From positions 1,317-65,316 of the forward strand of contig JAXDBV010000045.1 in NCBI GenBank assembly GCA_034678415.1: 64,000 nt of DNA, in the 5' to 3' direction. This DNA comes from Bacteroidales bacterium (GTDB lineage Bacteria > Bacteroidota > Bacteroidia > Bacteroidales > VadinHA17). Shown here in pieces: positions 46,610-56,200 of this stretch. Below the pieces are notes generated by a model. The model had not been told where the DNA came from. It saw nothing but the letters and a program-made list of their open reading frames with translations, and made no database searches. The translations under genes and the position numbers were made by a program. Position 1 is the first letter of the stretch. Each line of letters starts with the position of its first letter.

Positions 46610-47723
46610 TGCGGTTACAGTGAAATATGGAGGCGGATTAACCGTTTCCCTCAATTTCCTCAGGGCTGCGGCAATTACTCTTGGAGAAGATGAACTGTTC
46701 CTGATCACTGCCCGGGGGACAGGAATGGAGGGTTACACTGTTGGCGGAAACGTAACTGTCGTCCCTGCATGGAAGATGAAATATCTTTTCAGACCCTGGC
46801 TTGACCATGTGTATTTACGGAGAATTATCAGGACGATCAATCCGGATGTCATCATAAGCATGGGTAATCTTCCGTTGCCCGTTAAGGGATGCCAGGTCAT
46901 CCTCTTTGATAATCCCTTCGGTACCCTGAGGTCATTCAATGATTTCCGGCTCACCCACCTTGATAAGCTCAGGCACAGGTTGAGGAATTATTTCTTCGCC
47001 AAACGAATAAAATACCTAAATAGTATCATTTTCCAGACAGAGATTGAGCAGCGTAAATTTCAGGAGAAATATGCCCGGGTGAAGGTCCGGCAGTGGATAA
47101 TACCGAATCCTCCCGGCCTCCTTCCTCAGGCTGTTACCCCTGCTTCCAGCCTGCGAATGAAGAAGGAAGAAGGTGAACGGTTTGTGGTAGCCTTTACGCG
47201 CTACTATCCGCATAAGAACCTCGAAATCCTTCTGCACGTGGCTGAATTGATCAGGGACAGATACCGGATCAAAATATTGCTGACGATACAACCCGGGCAA
47301 CATCCGCACGCTGCAAGAATGTTACGCCTGATCAGGAAGAGAGGGTTAGAGAATGTAATAATAAATACCGGCGAGATTGCTCCGGTCCAGATCAGTCACC
47401 TGTACAGGCTTTCTGATGCCCTCGTGTTGCCTACGCTTCTCGAATCGTTTACCTCCACTTATACCGATGCCATGTTGCATGGTGTCCCTGTTCTGACTTC
47501 CGACCGGGATTTTGCACGGCACATTTGTGGAGACGCGGCATGGTACTTCAATCCGGCGGATCCTCATGATATCCTGAAAACCATTTGCTGCTGCTTTGAA
47601 AACCAGCAAGAGAGGCAAAAGAAGATTGAACGGGGATTGGAGATGATTCGTACAAGATACCCCGACTGGTTTTCATGTGCCCGGCAATTACTTGATCTGG
47701 CATCGATAAATAACCAGGAATGA
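46593..47723 (+). CDS. Glycosyltransferase family 4-like (GT-B)
   Basis: C-terminal LPTLLESFTSTYTDAMLHGVPVLTSD (E-x7-E-like region) and a YPHKNLEILL linker. It overlaps the deacetylase end by 17 nt. Confidence 0.75.
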   Translation: MKIVVNAVTVKYGGGLTVSLNFLRAAAITLGEDELFLITARGTGMEGYTVGGNVTVVPAWKMKYLFRPWLDHVYLRRIIRTINPDVIISMGNLPLPVKGCQVILFDNPFGTLRSFNDFRLTHLDKLRHRLRNYFFAKRIKYLNSIIFQTEIEQRKFQEKYARVKVRQWIIPNPPGLLPQAVTPASSLRMKKEEGERFVVAFTRYYPHKNLEILLHVAELIRDRYRIKILLTIQPGQHPHAARMLRLIRKRGLENVIINTGEIAPVQISHLYRLSDALVLPTLLESFTSTYTDAMLHGVPVLTSDRDFARHICGDAAWYFNPADPHDILKTICCCFENQQERQKKIERGLEMIRTRYPDWFSCARQLLDLASINNQE

Positions 47724-48526
47724 TGGGCATGGTTAGCATTATACTACCGGTATATAACGGAGCTTCATATCTTGAGAATGCCATCGTTTCGGTCTTGAAT
47801 CAAACATACAGGAACTTTGAACTGATCATCATTGATGATGCGTCAACCGACCACAGCCTGCAGATTGTGGAATATTACAGGAGACAGGACACACGGATCC
47901 TGGCGATAAGAAGCAGTATGAGAAGGGGAGTGGCGAAAACCCTGAATATTGGCCTGCGTGCTGCCGGCGGCGATTTCATTGCCAGGATCGATGCGGATGA
48001 CCTGTGGTTGCCTGAAAAACTGGAACAGCAGGTAAGGGTATTCAATTCGGATCCTGAACTGCTCCTGTTAGGAACTGCTAAAATTCTCATCGATCAAAAC
48101 GGGGATGTAATATTCGGAAAAAGCGACTGGCCAGTGTATTCCTATGGTGACATACGGAAAAATATCCTGAAGAAAAACCTCTTTTCCCATTCATCGGTGA
48201 TGTTCAGGAAGTCCGTCCTCACCGTGGCAGGATATTACAATGAGGATTACAAAAATTCGGAGGATTACGAGTACTGGATCAGGATCATTACCCAAGGAAA
48301 AGCAGAGATTATTCGGGAATCGCTGGTACAGTACCGTCTTCATCCCGAGATGATTTCATGGAAGAAAAGACGGCAACAAAAATTATTTGTGATTAAAGCC
48401 AAATGGATGGGGTTCTCACTTCTCGGGTTCAGGCCCGGTTACATGCCATACCTTGCAAGGGATGTATATGAGTGGATGGTACCGGATTTTATGATCAGAC
48501 TGAAGCGGAAACTGATAGGTGTTTGA
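47720..48526 (+). CDS. Glycosyltransferase family 2
   Basis: VSIILPVYNGASYLENAIVSVLNQTYRNFELIIIDDASTD and ARIDADDLW (DxD). It overlaps the upstream stop (ATGA). Confidence 0.85.
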   Translation: MMGMVSIILPVYNGASYLENAIVSVLNQTYRNFELIIIDDASTDHSLQIVEYYRRQDTRILAIRSSMRRGVAKTLNIGLRAAGGDFIARIDADDLWLPEKLEQQVRVFNSDPELLLLGTAKILIDQNGDVIFGKSDWPVYSYGDIRKNILKKNLFSHSSVMFRKSVLTVAGYYNEDYKNSEDYEYWIRIITQGKAEIIRESLVQYRLHPEMISWKKRRQQKLFVIKAKWMGFSLLGFRPGYMPYLARDVYEWMVPDFMIRLKRKLIGV

Positions 48527-48532
48527 AAAAGG

Positions 48533-49450
48533 TTAATATCTGTCCCGCCCGAGAAATATCCTGCCTTTCCAGTATTGTTCAACGAGAAATATTGTCACCG
48601 GATATGAGGTTGTATGCGAAGGTTCATAAAGTAAATATTGCATTAACGCGGAACAGTGTTTTTCAATAAGAACAATTTCTGACTGTTTCAATTTCTTTTT
48701 CCATGCACTCACCGTTGAATGATCCGCAGGGCCGGTAATATCCCTGTGCAATTCAATCTCCGGTGGGGGTAGCCGGTCATAGTAGTTGCCGGTATCATTT
48801 CGTTCCCCAGGTGTGTACCCGATCTGCAGGTGCTGAAGAAGATCATCCACTGTTTTTTCGGGATTTACCACCAGATCCTCAAACCGTACCGTTTCAACCC
48901 TGCAGTAACCGGGATTCCTATGGACGGCCTGATTTGCCAGTTGTTTCCAGGTGTACGCGCAGATAAGAGGATTCTTATTAAAGGCTCTCCCCGTGTAGGG
49001 GTTTACGGTGCATTTCTGTGATGCAAATATTCCCCGAGGATCCCTGATGAGATTTAAAAATATGATCTTGTCAGCATAATCTGAAAGCTGATTCGACAGC
49101 TTGAACAGGGAGGTATGTTTGAACACGATGGTATCAGCCATGGAATTGATTTGGTTCCGGTAAAGGGTGAGCACATGCAACAACATTCCTTCACGGCTTT
49201 TCTGATCCATAGCCTCATTAATGTCATCAGGAGTAAGTTTCCAGTATTTCAACTGCATGTCTTGCCGGATGGCTTTCATCAACCTGTCTTTTATCGACCC
49301 GGTATTTTTCCCGTTGATCAGGATATCAACGAGGCAACCGGCTTCAGGGCATACCGCGAAGGTATTGATTCTGCTGAGATGTTGCAGGAGGAAGCTTGAT
49401 CCTGACCGGTTCATATAAGAAACGAACACAAATTTCATTTGCCGATCCAT
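48533..49450 (-). CDS. Sulfotransferase family protein (RSGS-type PAPS loop)
   Basis: N-terminal FVFVSYMNRSGSSFLLQHL (5'-phosphosulfate-binding loop analogue) and LIRDPRGIFASQ (R-D-P-x-D/G..S 3'-phosphate motif). The start overlaps the upstream stop (TAATG). Its stop is only 6 nt from the convergent GT2 stop. Confidence 0.7.
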   Translation of the reverse strand: MDRQMKFVFVSYMNRSGSSFLLQHLSRINTFAVCPEAGCLVDILINGKNTGSIKDRLMKAIRQDMQLKYWKLTPDDINEAMDQKSREGMLLHVLTLYRNQINSMADTIVFKHTSLFKLSNQLSDYADKIIFLNLIRDPRGIFASQKCTVNPYTGRAFNKNPLICAYTWKQLANQAVHRNPGYCRVETVRFEDLVVNPEKTVDDLLQHLQIGYTPGERNDTGNYYDRLPPPEIELHRDITGPADHSTVSAWKKKLKQSEIVLIEKHCSALMQYLLYEPSHTTSYPVTIFLVEQYWKGRIFLGRDRY

Positions 49451-50349
49451 TACATTGGATATCCATGATCTGCCAGAGGTAATCCGGGAAGCATCCTGCT
49501 AAGCGTTTTATTTGATTCACGGTAATAATCCTCGATAAAACGGAAACTCCTCCACCCAAGAACCTCCCGTGAAGAAGGATGGCTTCCCATGATGGACAGG
49601 CGGTTCAAATTCTGTAAAAGTAAGGTTCTTACCTGGTACCAGCCGGGGATGTGGACGACATAATACTTGAAGGCATATTTTTCCCTGGTGAATATATTCA
49701 TAAACCGGGCCAGGGGAAACAATGCTTTTCTCAGCCTCGGATTCTCAGGCTGGTAGTTGAGTGTATCGAGGTTTATTTTCAGGTCAAAGATGCGGCAGTA
49801 TTCCTTCAGGAATGATGTATTGTCAGCAGCGAATTGTTCGAAAAGGAATACATGGACATGTGCGGCTCCAAACAGGTTCTGATACAGGGCTACCACTTTA
49901 TCGTATTCAAAGAGGATGAAGTCATTGGTAACGTTTTTATACGGTGTTTTCTGTCTGAACAGGTACCGGTCGGGGGAGTGGGTGCCTCCTGCCAGGATAT
50001 GCTGTGAATACCGTGAGGCCATTATATCTGCCTGGTTCCTGATGATTACAACAATATCTGCCTGCGGGAACACAGCATTAATCCTGCGGGCATTCTCGGC
50101 AATTCTTATACCATTGTTTCGCCGGTCAACGAGTATCTCCTCCTCACAAATCAATATGCGTCCGTAACAATGATCAGTAAAATATTCTGAAACGGCAGCC
50201 GGATTGAAACTGAACGCATCTTTCCGGAGAATCTGTCCCAGCACTTCGTCCCTGCCAATAAAACAGGCATCCGTCACCAGCGGATAGAATTTTTTCTGAA
50301 ACCAGGTGGTGGATGTCTTCGGATAACCTATATGGATCAGGGGATTCAT
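49450..50349 (-). CDS. Predicted sulfotransferase, paralog 1 of 3
   Basis: IHIGYPKTSTTWFQ (compare the canonical PKxGTTW PAPS loop), VVIIRNQADIMASRYSQ, IPGWY and YYRESNKTL. It aligns full-length by eye with 50346-51269 and 52169-53089. Confidence 0.65.
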   Translation of the reverse strand: MNPLIHIGYPKTSTTWFQKKFYPLVTDACFIGRDEVLGQILRKDAFSFNPAAVSEYFTDHCYGRILICEEEILVDRRNNGIRIAENARRINAVFPQADIVVIIRNQADIMASRYSQHILAGGTHSPDRYLFRQKTPYKNVTNDFILFEYDKVVALYQNLFGAAHVHVFLFEQFAADNTSFLKEYCRIFDLKINLDTLNYQPENPRLRKALFPLARFMNIFTREKYAFKYYVVHIPGWYQVRTLLLQNLNRLSIMGSHPSSREVLGWRSFRFIEDYYRESNKTLSRMLPGLPLADHGYPM

Positions 50350-51269
50350 GAGTGTAGCGTAATGTAATATCCTTCAAATCCCGGGGGAATATACCCCTCC
50401 TCTGCAAGTCGTACATTGGATGAGGAATAATACCGGGCTATCTGGGCCACCAGTGGTTCACCCAAAAGTTCACAGGAACCGGGTTTTTTCCGGAACAGCT
50501 TGGTGTTATTCAGCTTCTCGGTGACAAGCCGCGTAAAGCCATACCACTTGGGTATGTTAAGAAAATATCTTTTACAGGGGATATTTTTCCTCGTAAAGTG
50601 GTTTGCCCACCTGTGACAGTTCAGTAAATACCTGTTCAGCCGGGCATTTACCTTCCGTGGTGAGTGAACAGAAGAATACAATTCAATACCGAGCCGGTCA
50701 AGAAAATACATTATGAATCGTTCCGAGTACTGTATCAGGTCTTCATAAAGAAATACCGATACGTTTTCCCTGCCGAACAGTTCTTCATACATATGGATGG
50801 TGTGATGAAAGTCAAACAGTTCAAAATTAAATGATCTTTCCTTGAATCGGGCATCGGTAGTAGCAGTACTAAAGTACTGTCGGGGATAATAAGTCCCACC
50901 TGATTTTACATATTCGGAATACAGTGATGCCAGCAGGTCGATCTGGTACCTGATGAAAATGACGATGCGGCTTCCCGGTAACGACTGATGCAGCCTCATA
51001 GCCAGCTGTTGTGCATGCCTTCCTCTGCTTTCCCATTTCACCACATTTCCCAGCAGGTCTTCATGGCTGATGATGACTTTTTCACCGTATTGTTCCGAAA
51101 GGTGATTGACAAATCCCTCAGCATCAAATTCATGGTCATCCGGCCGGATCAGCCCGGTAAGAATCTGATTCCTGGACACCATTTTATATCCTGCGACGAG
51201 CGGGAAAATACAGGTTTGCAACCAGCTGGTACCTGTTTTAGGGTAGCCGATATGAACGATAGCTTTCAT
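50346..51269 (-). CDS. Predicted sulfotransferase, paralog 2 of 3
   Basis: VHIGYPKTGTSWLQ, VIFIRYQIDLLASLYSE, IPKWY and YYSSSNVRL. The start is set at MKAIV (51269), overlapping the GT8-like stop (TAATG); its stop overlaps the next start (ATGA). Confidence 0.65.
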   Translation of the reverse strand: MKAIVHIGYPKTGTSWLQTCIFPLVAGYKMVSRNQILTGLIRPDDHEFDAEGFVNHLSEQYGEKVIISHEDLLGNVVKWESRGRHAQQLAMRLHQSLPGSRIVIFIRYQIDLLASLYSEYVKSGGTYYPRQYFSTATTDARFKERSFNFELFDFHHTIHMYEELFGRENVSVFLYEDLIQYSERFIMYFLDRLGIELYSSVHSPRKVNARLNRYLLNCHRWANHFTRKNIPCKRYFLNIPKWYGFTRLVTEKLNNTKLFRKKPGSCELLGEPLVAQIARYYSSSNVRLAEEGYIPPGFEGYYITLHS

Positions 51270-52141
51270 TATTCTCTCAGTAGTTTGCTCCACCACCGGC
51301 GGCTGGAGAACCAGCCAAATATATCAGGATTCCCATCAAATAATACCGTCAGTGCCTTTCGCATGTGCTTATTTTTTCCCAGGAACCGTGGGTGGTGATA
51401 GTGAACAAGTACCGGAATATCATTCAACTTTTTTCGCAGGTGCAGAGGATAATTATATGTCTCATCCAACAGCCTGTAAGGTATACCGGTTTTCAGTAAG
51501 GCCAGGGAGAGACTTACCTGGTCGAAATGGAAGGCATACTTCCTGTCGCCGTGCATTAAAAGCTCCCTGTACAATGAAATCCAGGTATTTAAAAAATGCC
51601 GCAGCATATGTTTCCTGAAGATCAATACCCCGGAGTTAAAATACGGGGGAGACCATTTACCGTCGTATGTACAGGTAATGCTGTTTTCCGGTTTGTCCAG
51701 GTGAAATCGGGTGCATATCTCCTCCCAGTTCAATCCGATGGTCACATCGGCCGGTTTTGCCCACAGGCTGGTGTTATCCTTTTCCGTGAATGGGAACAGA
51801 ACAGGACGACAGCACAGGATATCGCTGTCAAGAAATACAACGTTCTCCTGCCCGGCAAGCGGTACCAAACAAAACAACTTGTTGCTTACCAAAAGGTTCC
51901 TTTCATAATGGTTGGACTCAATAAGAAGGGGATTGTCAAAATAAACGGGATGAATGCCAAGGTTATTAAAAATGGATACTGCTTCAGCGGATATATTCCA
52001 TGGACGGTTGTTTATTACTGGAACCGCATAGTAAACGGATACCCCTTCCGGAAGATATTTCATTAACGACATTCCAAGAACAAGAGAATAAGATTCAATA
52101 TCCCCCGGGTGTGACACAAATATGAATGAGTAAGCGTTCAT
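51269..52141 (-). CDS. GT8-like nucleotide-diphospho-sugar transferase (GT-A fold)
   Basis: VVFLDSDILCCRP (DxD) and PYFNSGVLIF resemble the glycogenin/LPS-glycosyltransferase (GT8) motifs. 290 aa with no TM segment. Confidence 0.55.
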   Translation of the reverse strand: MNAYSFIFVSHPGDIESYSLVLGMSLMKYLPEGVSVYYAVPVINNRPWNISAEAVSIFNNLGIHPVYFDNPLLIESNHYERNLLVSNKLFCLVPLAGQENVVFLDSDILCCRPVLFPFTEKDNTSLWAKPADVTIGLNWEEICTRFHLDKPENSITCTYDGKWSPPYFNSGVLIFRKHMLRHFLNTWISLYRELLMHGDRKYAFHFDQVSLSLALLKTGIPYRLLDETYNYPLHLRKKLNDIPVLVHYHHPRFLGKNKHMRKALTVLFDGNPDIFGWFSSRRWWSKLLRE

Positions 52142-52168
52142 CGAATGATTCGTTTACATACCCAAATA

Positions 52169-53089
52169 TTACATCGGATAACCCAGCTCTGCAAGTTTTT
52201 CTGAGGGAAGAAGCCTTTGAAGGGACGCATTGGATTCCCGATAAAAGTTCCTGATGTATTCCACATTTTTCACCCCCAGTATATGTGCTGATGACGGATA
52301 CCTGCCGAAAACCTTCCATGCATTCATTCTTTTGTACAGTCTCCTGGTTGTGCTGTACCATCCCGGTATACTGATGCAATAGTATTTATAAAGAGTTCTT
52401 TCGTGCGTGAAAATGTTTAACAGCCTGACCATCCTGAGAAGGCCGGCCCGGTACCGTTTATTTTTGGGACTGAAATCGATGGCTTCCTGAAGTATCTCAA
52501 GATCAAATGTTTCAATGAATGACCGGATAAATTTCTGCGGATTGCTTTGTAGCTTTTCATAGGGAAAAACATGTACGTTTTCTTCTCCAAACAAAGAATG
52601 GTAATAAGTGATCAGTTTGTCAAACTCAAGGTAATGGAATGAAAACAGCAGGCTCTTGTTTGCTTGATGAAACAGGAATTTATTTATTCCATAGGTCCCG
52701 CCGTTCTGTACATAATTGAAATAGGCTGAAGCAATCAGGTCGGTCTGGTTCCGGGTAAAAATGATAATGCGGGCTTCAGGGAACACATCATGTAGCCGCT
52801 GCCCCAACTCTGTTGTCATGACACCGTTATGCCCGCCGAGATTCATGAATCCCAGTAAGTTTTCCTGGCTGATAATTAAGGGCTTCTTATACCTGGTCAG
52901 AAAATAGTTTCTTACCTTTTCCGCATCAAAATGAAAGGCATGAGGACGGATGATCCACTGAAAGATCTCTTCAGTACTCGCAACATCCATGTTTCTCACC
53001 AGAGGAAAGACATTTTCCTGCAACCAGGTGGATGCCGCCTTCGGGAAACCAATATGTATGAATACCTTATTCATGAATGATGTTATCAA
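52169..53089 (-). CDS. Predicted sulfotransferase, paralog 3 of 3 (first gene of the operon)
   Basis: IHIGFPKAASTWLQ, IIIFTRNQTDLIASAYFN, IPGWY and FYRESNASL, with the C-terminus LAELGYPM (compare LADHGYPM in paralog 1). An alternative start is at M6 (53074). Confidence 0.65.
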   Translation of the reverse strand: MITSFMNKVFIHIGFPKAASTWLQENVFPLVRNMDVASTEEIFQWIIRPHAFHFDAEKVRNYFLTRYKKPLIISQENLLGFMNLGGHNGVMTTELGQRLHDVFPEARIIIFTRNQTDLIASAYFNYVQNGGTYGINKFLFHQANKSLLFSFHYLEFDKLITYYHSLFGEENVHVFPYEKLQSNPQKFIRSFIETFDLEILQEAIDFSPKNKRYRAGLLRMVRLLNIFTHERTLYKYYCISIPGWYSTTRRLYKRMNAWKVFGRYPSSAHILGVKNVEYIRNFYRESNASLQRLLPSEKLAELGYPM

Positions 53090-53266
53090 ATTTATCGATA
53101 AAAAAGAGATTTACGTATGAGGATACTTTTTATTTCTGACGGCGGATGATAAGCCGGAGCGTAATTTTTCTTACTTTTACATTCAGTAGACTCAATATAA
53201 ATAAGATAGCAACAAATCCGGACGATTTGCGTAAAATATATTTATACCCAATAAACTTCCCTGATA

Positions 53267-56200
53267 ATGAAAAATGCGAAAATACTGTTTCTTGCATTTC
53301 TTGCAACACTGGCCGGTACACTCCGGTCGCTTCCCCAGGATTGCTGGGAATGTTTGTCACAGATAAGTTCTACTGCGAATATGGCCGCAAATGCAGGCGC
53401 CTTTTCCGAGTTGGATAACAACGGGAACCTTTATATTTTCAGCGATTACACCGGTCCCATCACCATCAGGTCCAGGACTATCCCCTATGGTGGCAACACG
53501 GATATTGTATTGATGAAAATGAATGCTGAGACTTGCGATACGCTCTGGATCAGGGTGGTGAATGGTGTGAATAAGGAAGCAGCCCGGGATATGAAGCTCG
53601 ATGATGATGGAAACATATATATTACTGGCGGGTTTACCGTATCGGCCAACTTCAACGGGACTGTGATCACCTCCCCCGACGGAACGGAAGATATCTTTCT
53701 TGCCAAGTATAATCCTGAAGGGAACCTGATATTTGCCAGAAATGTCGGATATGGTGCGGGAATACAGAGGTCTTCCGCTATGATCGTGGATGAGCAGGAC
53801 AGTATTGCAATGCTTGGTATTTATAACACTCAAATTACCTTTTCCACCGGAAAGTCATTCACCGGTGATGCTGCCTTCGATAACTTCTTTGCTAAATTCA
53901 GCATTACGGATGGTAACCATGGATCCATTAAGAACTGGAATGGCACAGACGGGGCTACACGGTTAAATTCCATTGATGTTGCCTGTACCGATGGTTACTA
54001 TATCGGCGGAACCTTTTACGGAACCCTGACTCCCCCGTGCAATAGTGATGTAACCAGTACCAACCAGGGAGACATATTGTTGTCCAAAGTTGACAAAGAC
54101 GGGTGTGTGGTGCCGGGATGGATCTATACTTATGGTTCCACCGGACCGGTAAATTATCATGATGTTCTGTCCTCACTGTCCTCTGATGGAGACTGCAATA
54201 TATACTATACCGGCTCTTTCTTCAGAACACTGAACATGGATGGCAGTATCATACAGGCTGATGGAGGGAATCAGGATATTTATGTGGCGAAAAAAAATGC
54301 TGCTGGAACCCTCCAGTGGGTCAAACGTTTTGGAAGCGGCTCATGGGACGAAGGATTATGCATTTCAACGAATGATGCTATTATTGGAGTGGGAGGATTT
54401 TTCAGAGGTGACCTGGTCTGGGGCCGTGACACCGTTACCTCAGAAGAACCGGCAGATGATGACAGCTTTGTCGGAATAATCACTCCTGACGGCAAACCCT
54501 TCGCGATTTATAATCCGCACGGCAGGTTATCAAGAACACTGGATGTGGCCATTGACGCTTACCATAATTTCTTTGCCACCGGTACATTTCGAGGAACAAA
54601 AATAGACTTCGGTTGTGACATGTCGCTGACAAAAACTCCTCCCCGGGCGGATAATTTACGTGACCTGTGGATTGCACGGCATGGACCCGTGATAAGCCTT
54701 GAATTCCTTGTGGACAGTATAACATGTTATGGTGGCAATGACGGAGCCATCGACATGACCGTGATCGGGAATCTCGAACCTTATACCTACCTGTGGGAGA
54801 TCGTTAGCGGTGGCTGCGGCATAGCCAATCCCAATGCGGAAGACCTCTCTGGCCTGTGTGCCGGTATCTATAAGATCACGGTTGGCTACAGTGGCGGCCT
54901 GAAGACGGATACGGTACTGGTGCCCGGACCACCGCAATTCATCATCGACAGTGCAAAAGTTACGCAACAAGTCACGCAGTGTTATGGTGACTGCAGCGGT
55001 GAGATCAGGGTGTATGCCCGCGGCGGTACCGGTACATTAAAGTATACTCTCCAGCCCGGGAACATTGTCAATACCACCGGTATATTTAGCAACCTTTGTG
55101 CGGATACCTATACGGTGACTGTGTCAGATTATCATAATTGCAGCCTGACAAGTCAGGAACTTACTGTTATACAACCACCCTCACTGGTGTTGTTGCTCGA
55201 CATTAAAACGGATATTACCTGTTATGGACTCAATAACGGGCGAATAGAGATGAACGGTTCGGGCGGTACAGGCCCTTTGCAGTTTACTCTTAATCCCGGC
55301 AATGTGACTAATGATGACGGGATCTTTACCGGTCTGGCTCCGGGCTCATATACAATTTGTCTGACCGATGCCAATACCTGCGGGCCTGTTTGTGTTGGTC
55401 CTATCGATATTCTGGAGCCGGATAGCCTTCAGATTGTCAGTGTTACTCAAACCCATCTTCTTTGCCATGGCGGAGCAAATGGCGAGATCTGTGTGACGGC
55501 TCAGGGTGGGAAGGGCACATTGTCGTACACACTGACACCGGGCAATATAACGAATACTACCGGTTGCTTTACCGGCCTGGTTGCAGGTACCTACTGTGTG
55601 ACCGTAGATGATGCCAACAGTTGCGGGCCAGTGGATACCTGTGATATCGTTCTGTTACAGCCAGAAATGGTTAGCTTCACCAAAACACAGACTGACGCTA
55701 CCTGCTTTGATGTATGTGACGGATCCATTACTGTGTCCGCCACCGGGGGGAACGGCGAGTACGAATATTCCAGGGATGGGGGCTCCACCTGGCAGATATC
55801 CAATGTCTTTTCTGATCTTTGCGACAACAGTTATACCATCCGGGTGAAAGACAGTTATGGATGCTTATCCCCTGATTCCGTCGTTCAGATTACTCAACCA
55901 TCCATGGTATCGTTCACGTATGAGAAAACCGATATCAGCTGTGCAGGAGAGCATGACGCATCGGTTACTATAACCGCCTCAGGAGGAAACGGTACATACC
56001 TCTATTCCATTAATTGTGGATCCTCCTGGCAGGATTTGCCTGTGTTTCCGGGTCTGGCCCCTGGTACATACTGCCTTCTGGTTAAGGACTGGAGGGAATG
56101 CCATTCCGACCCCGTGAATATGGAGATTGTTGCACCGGAACCGCTCACCATCGCTGATATTGATTCAACAGGCATAACATGCGAAGGACAAGTGAACGGT

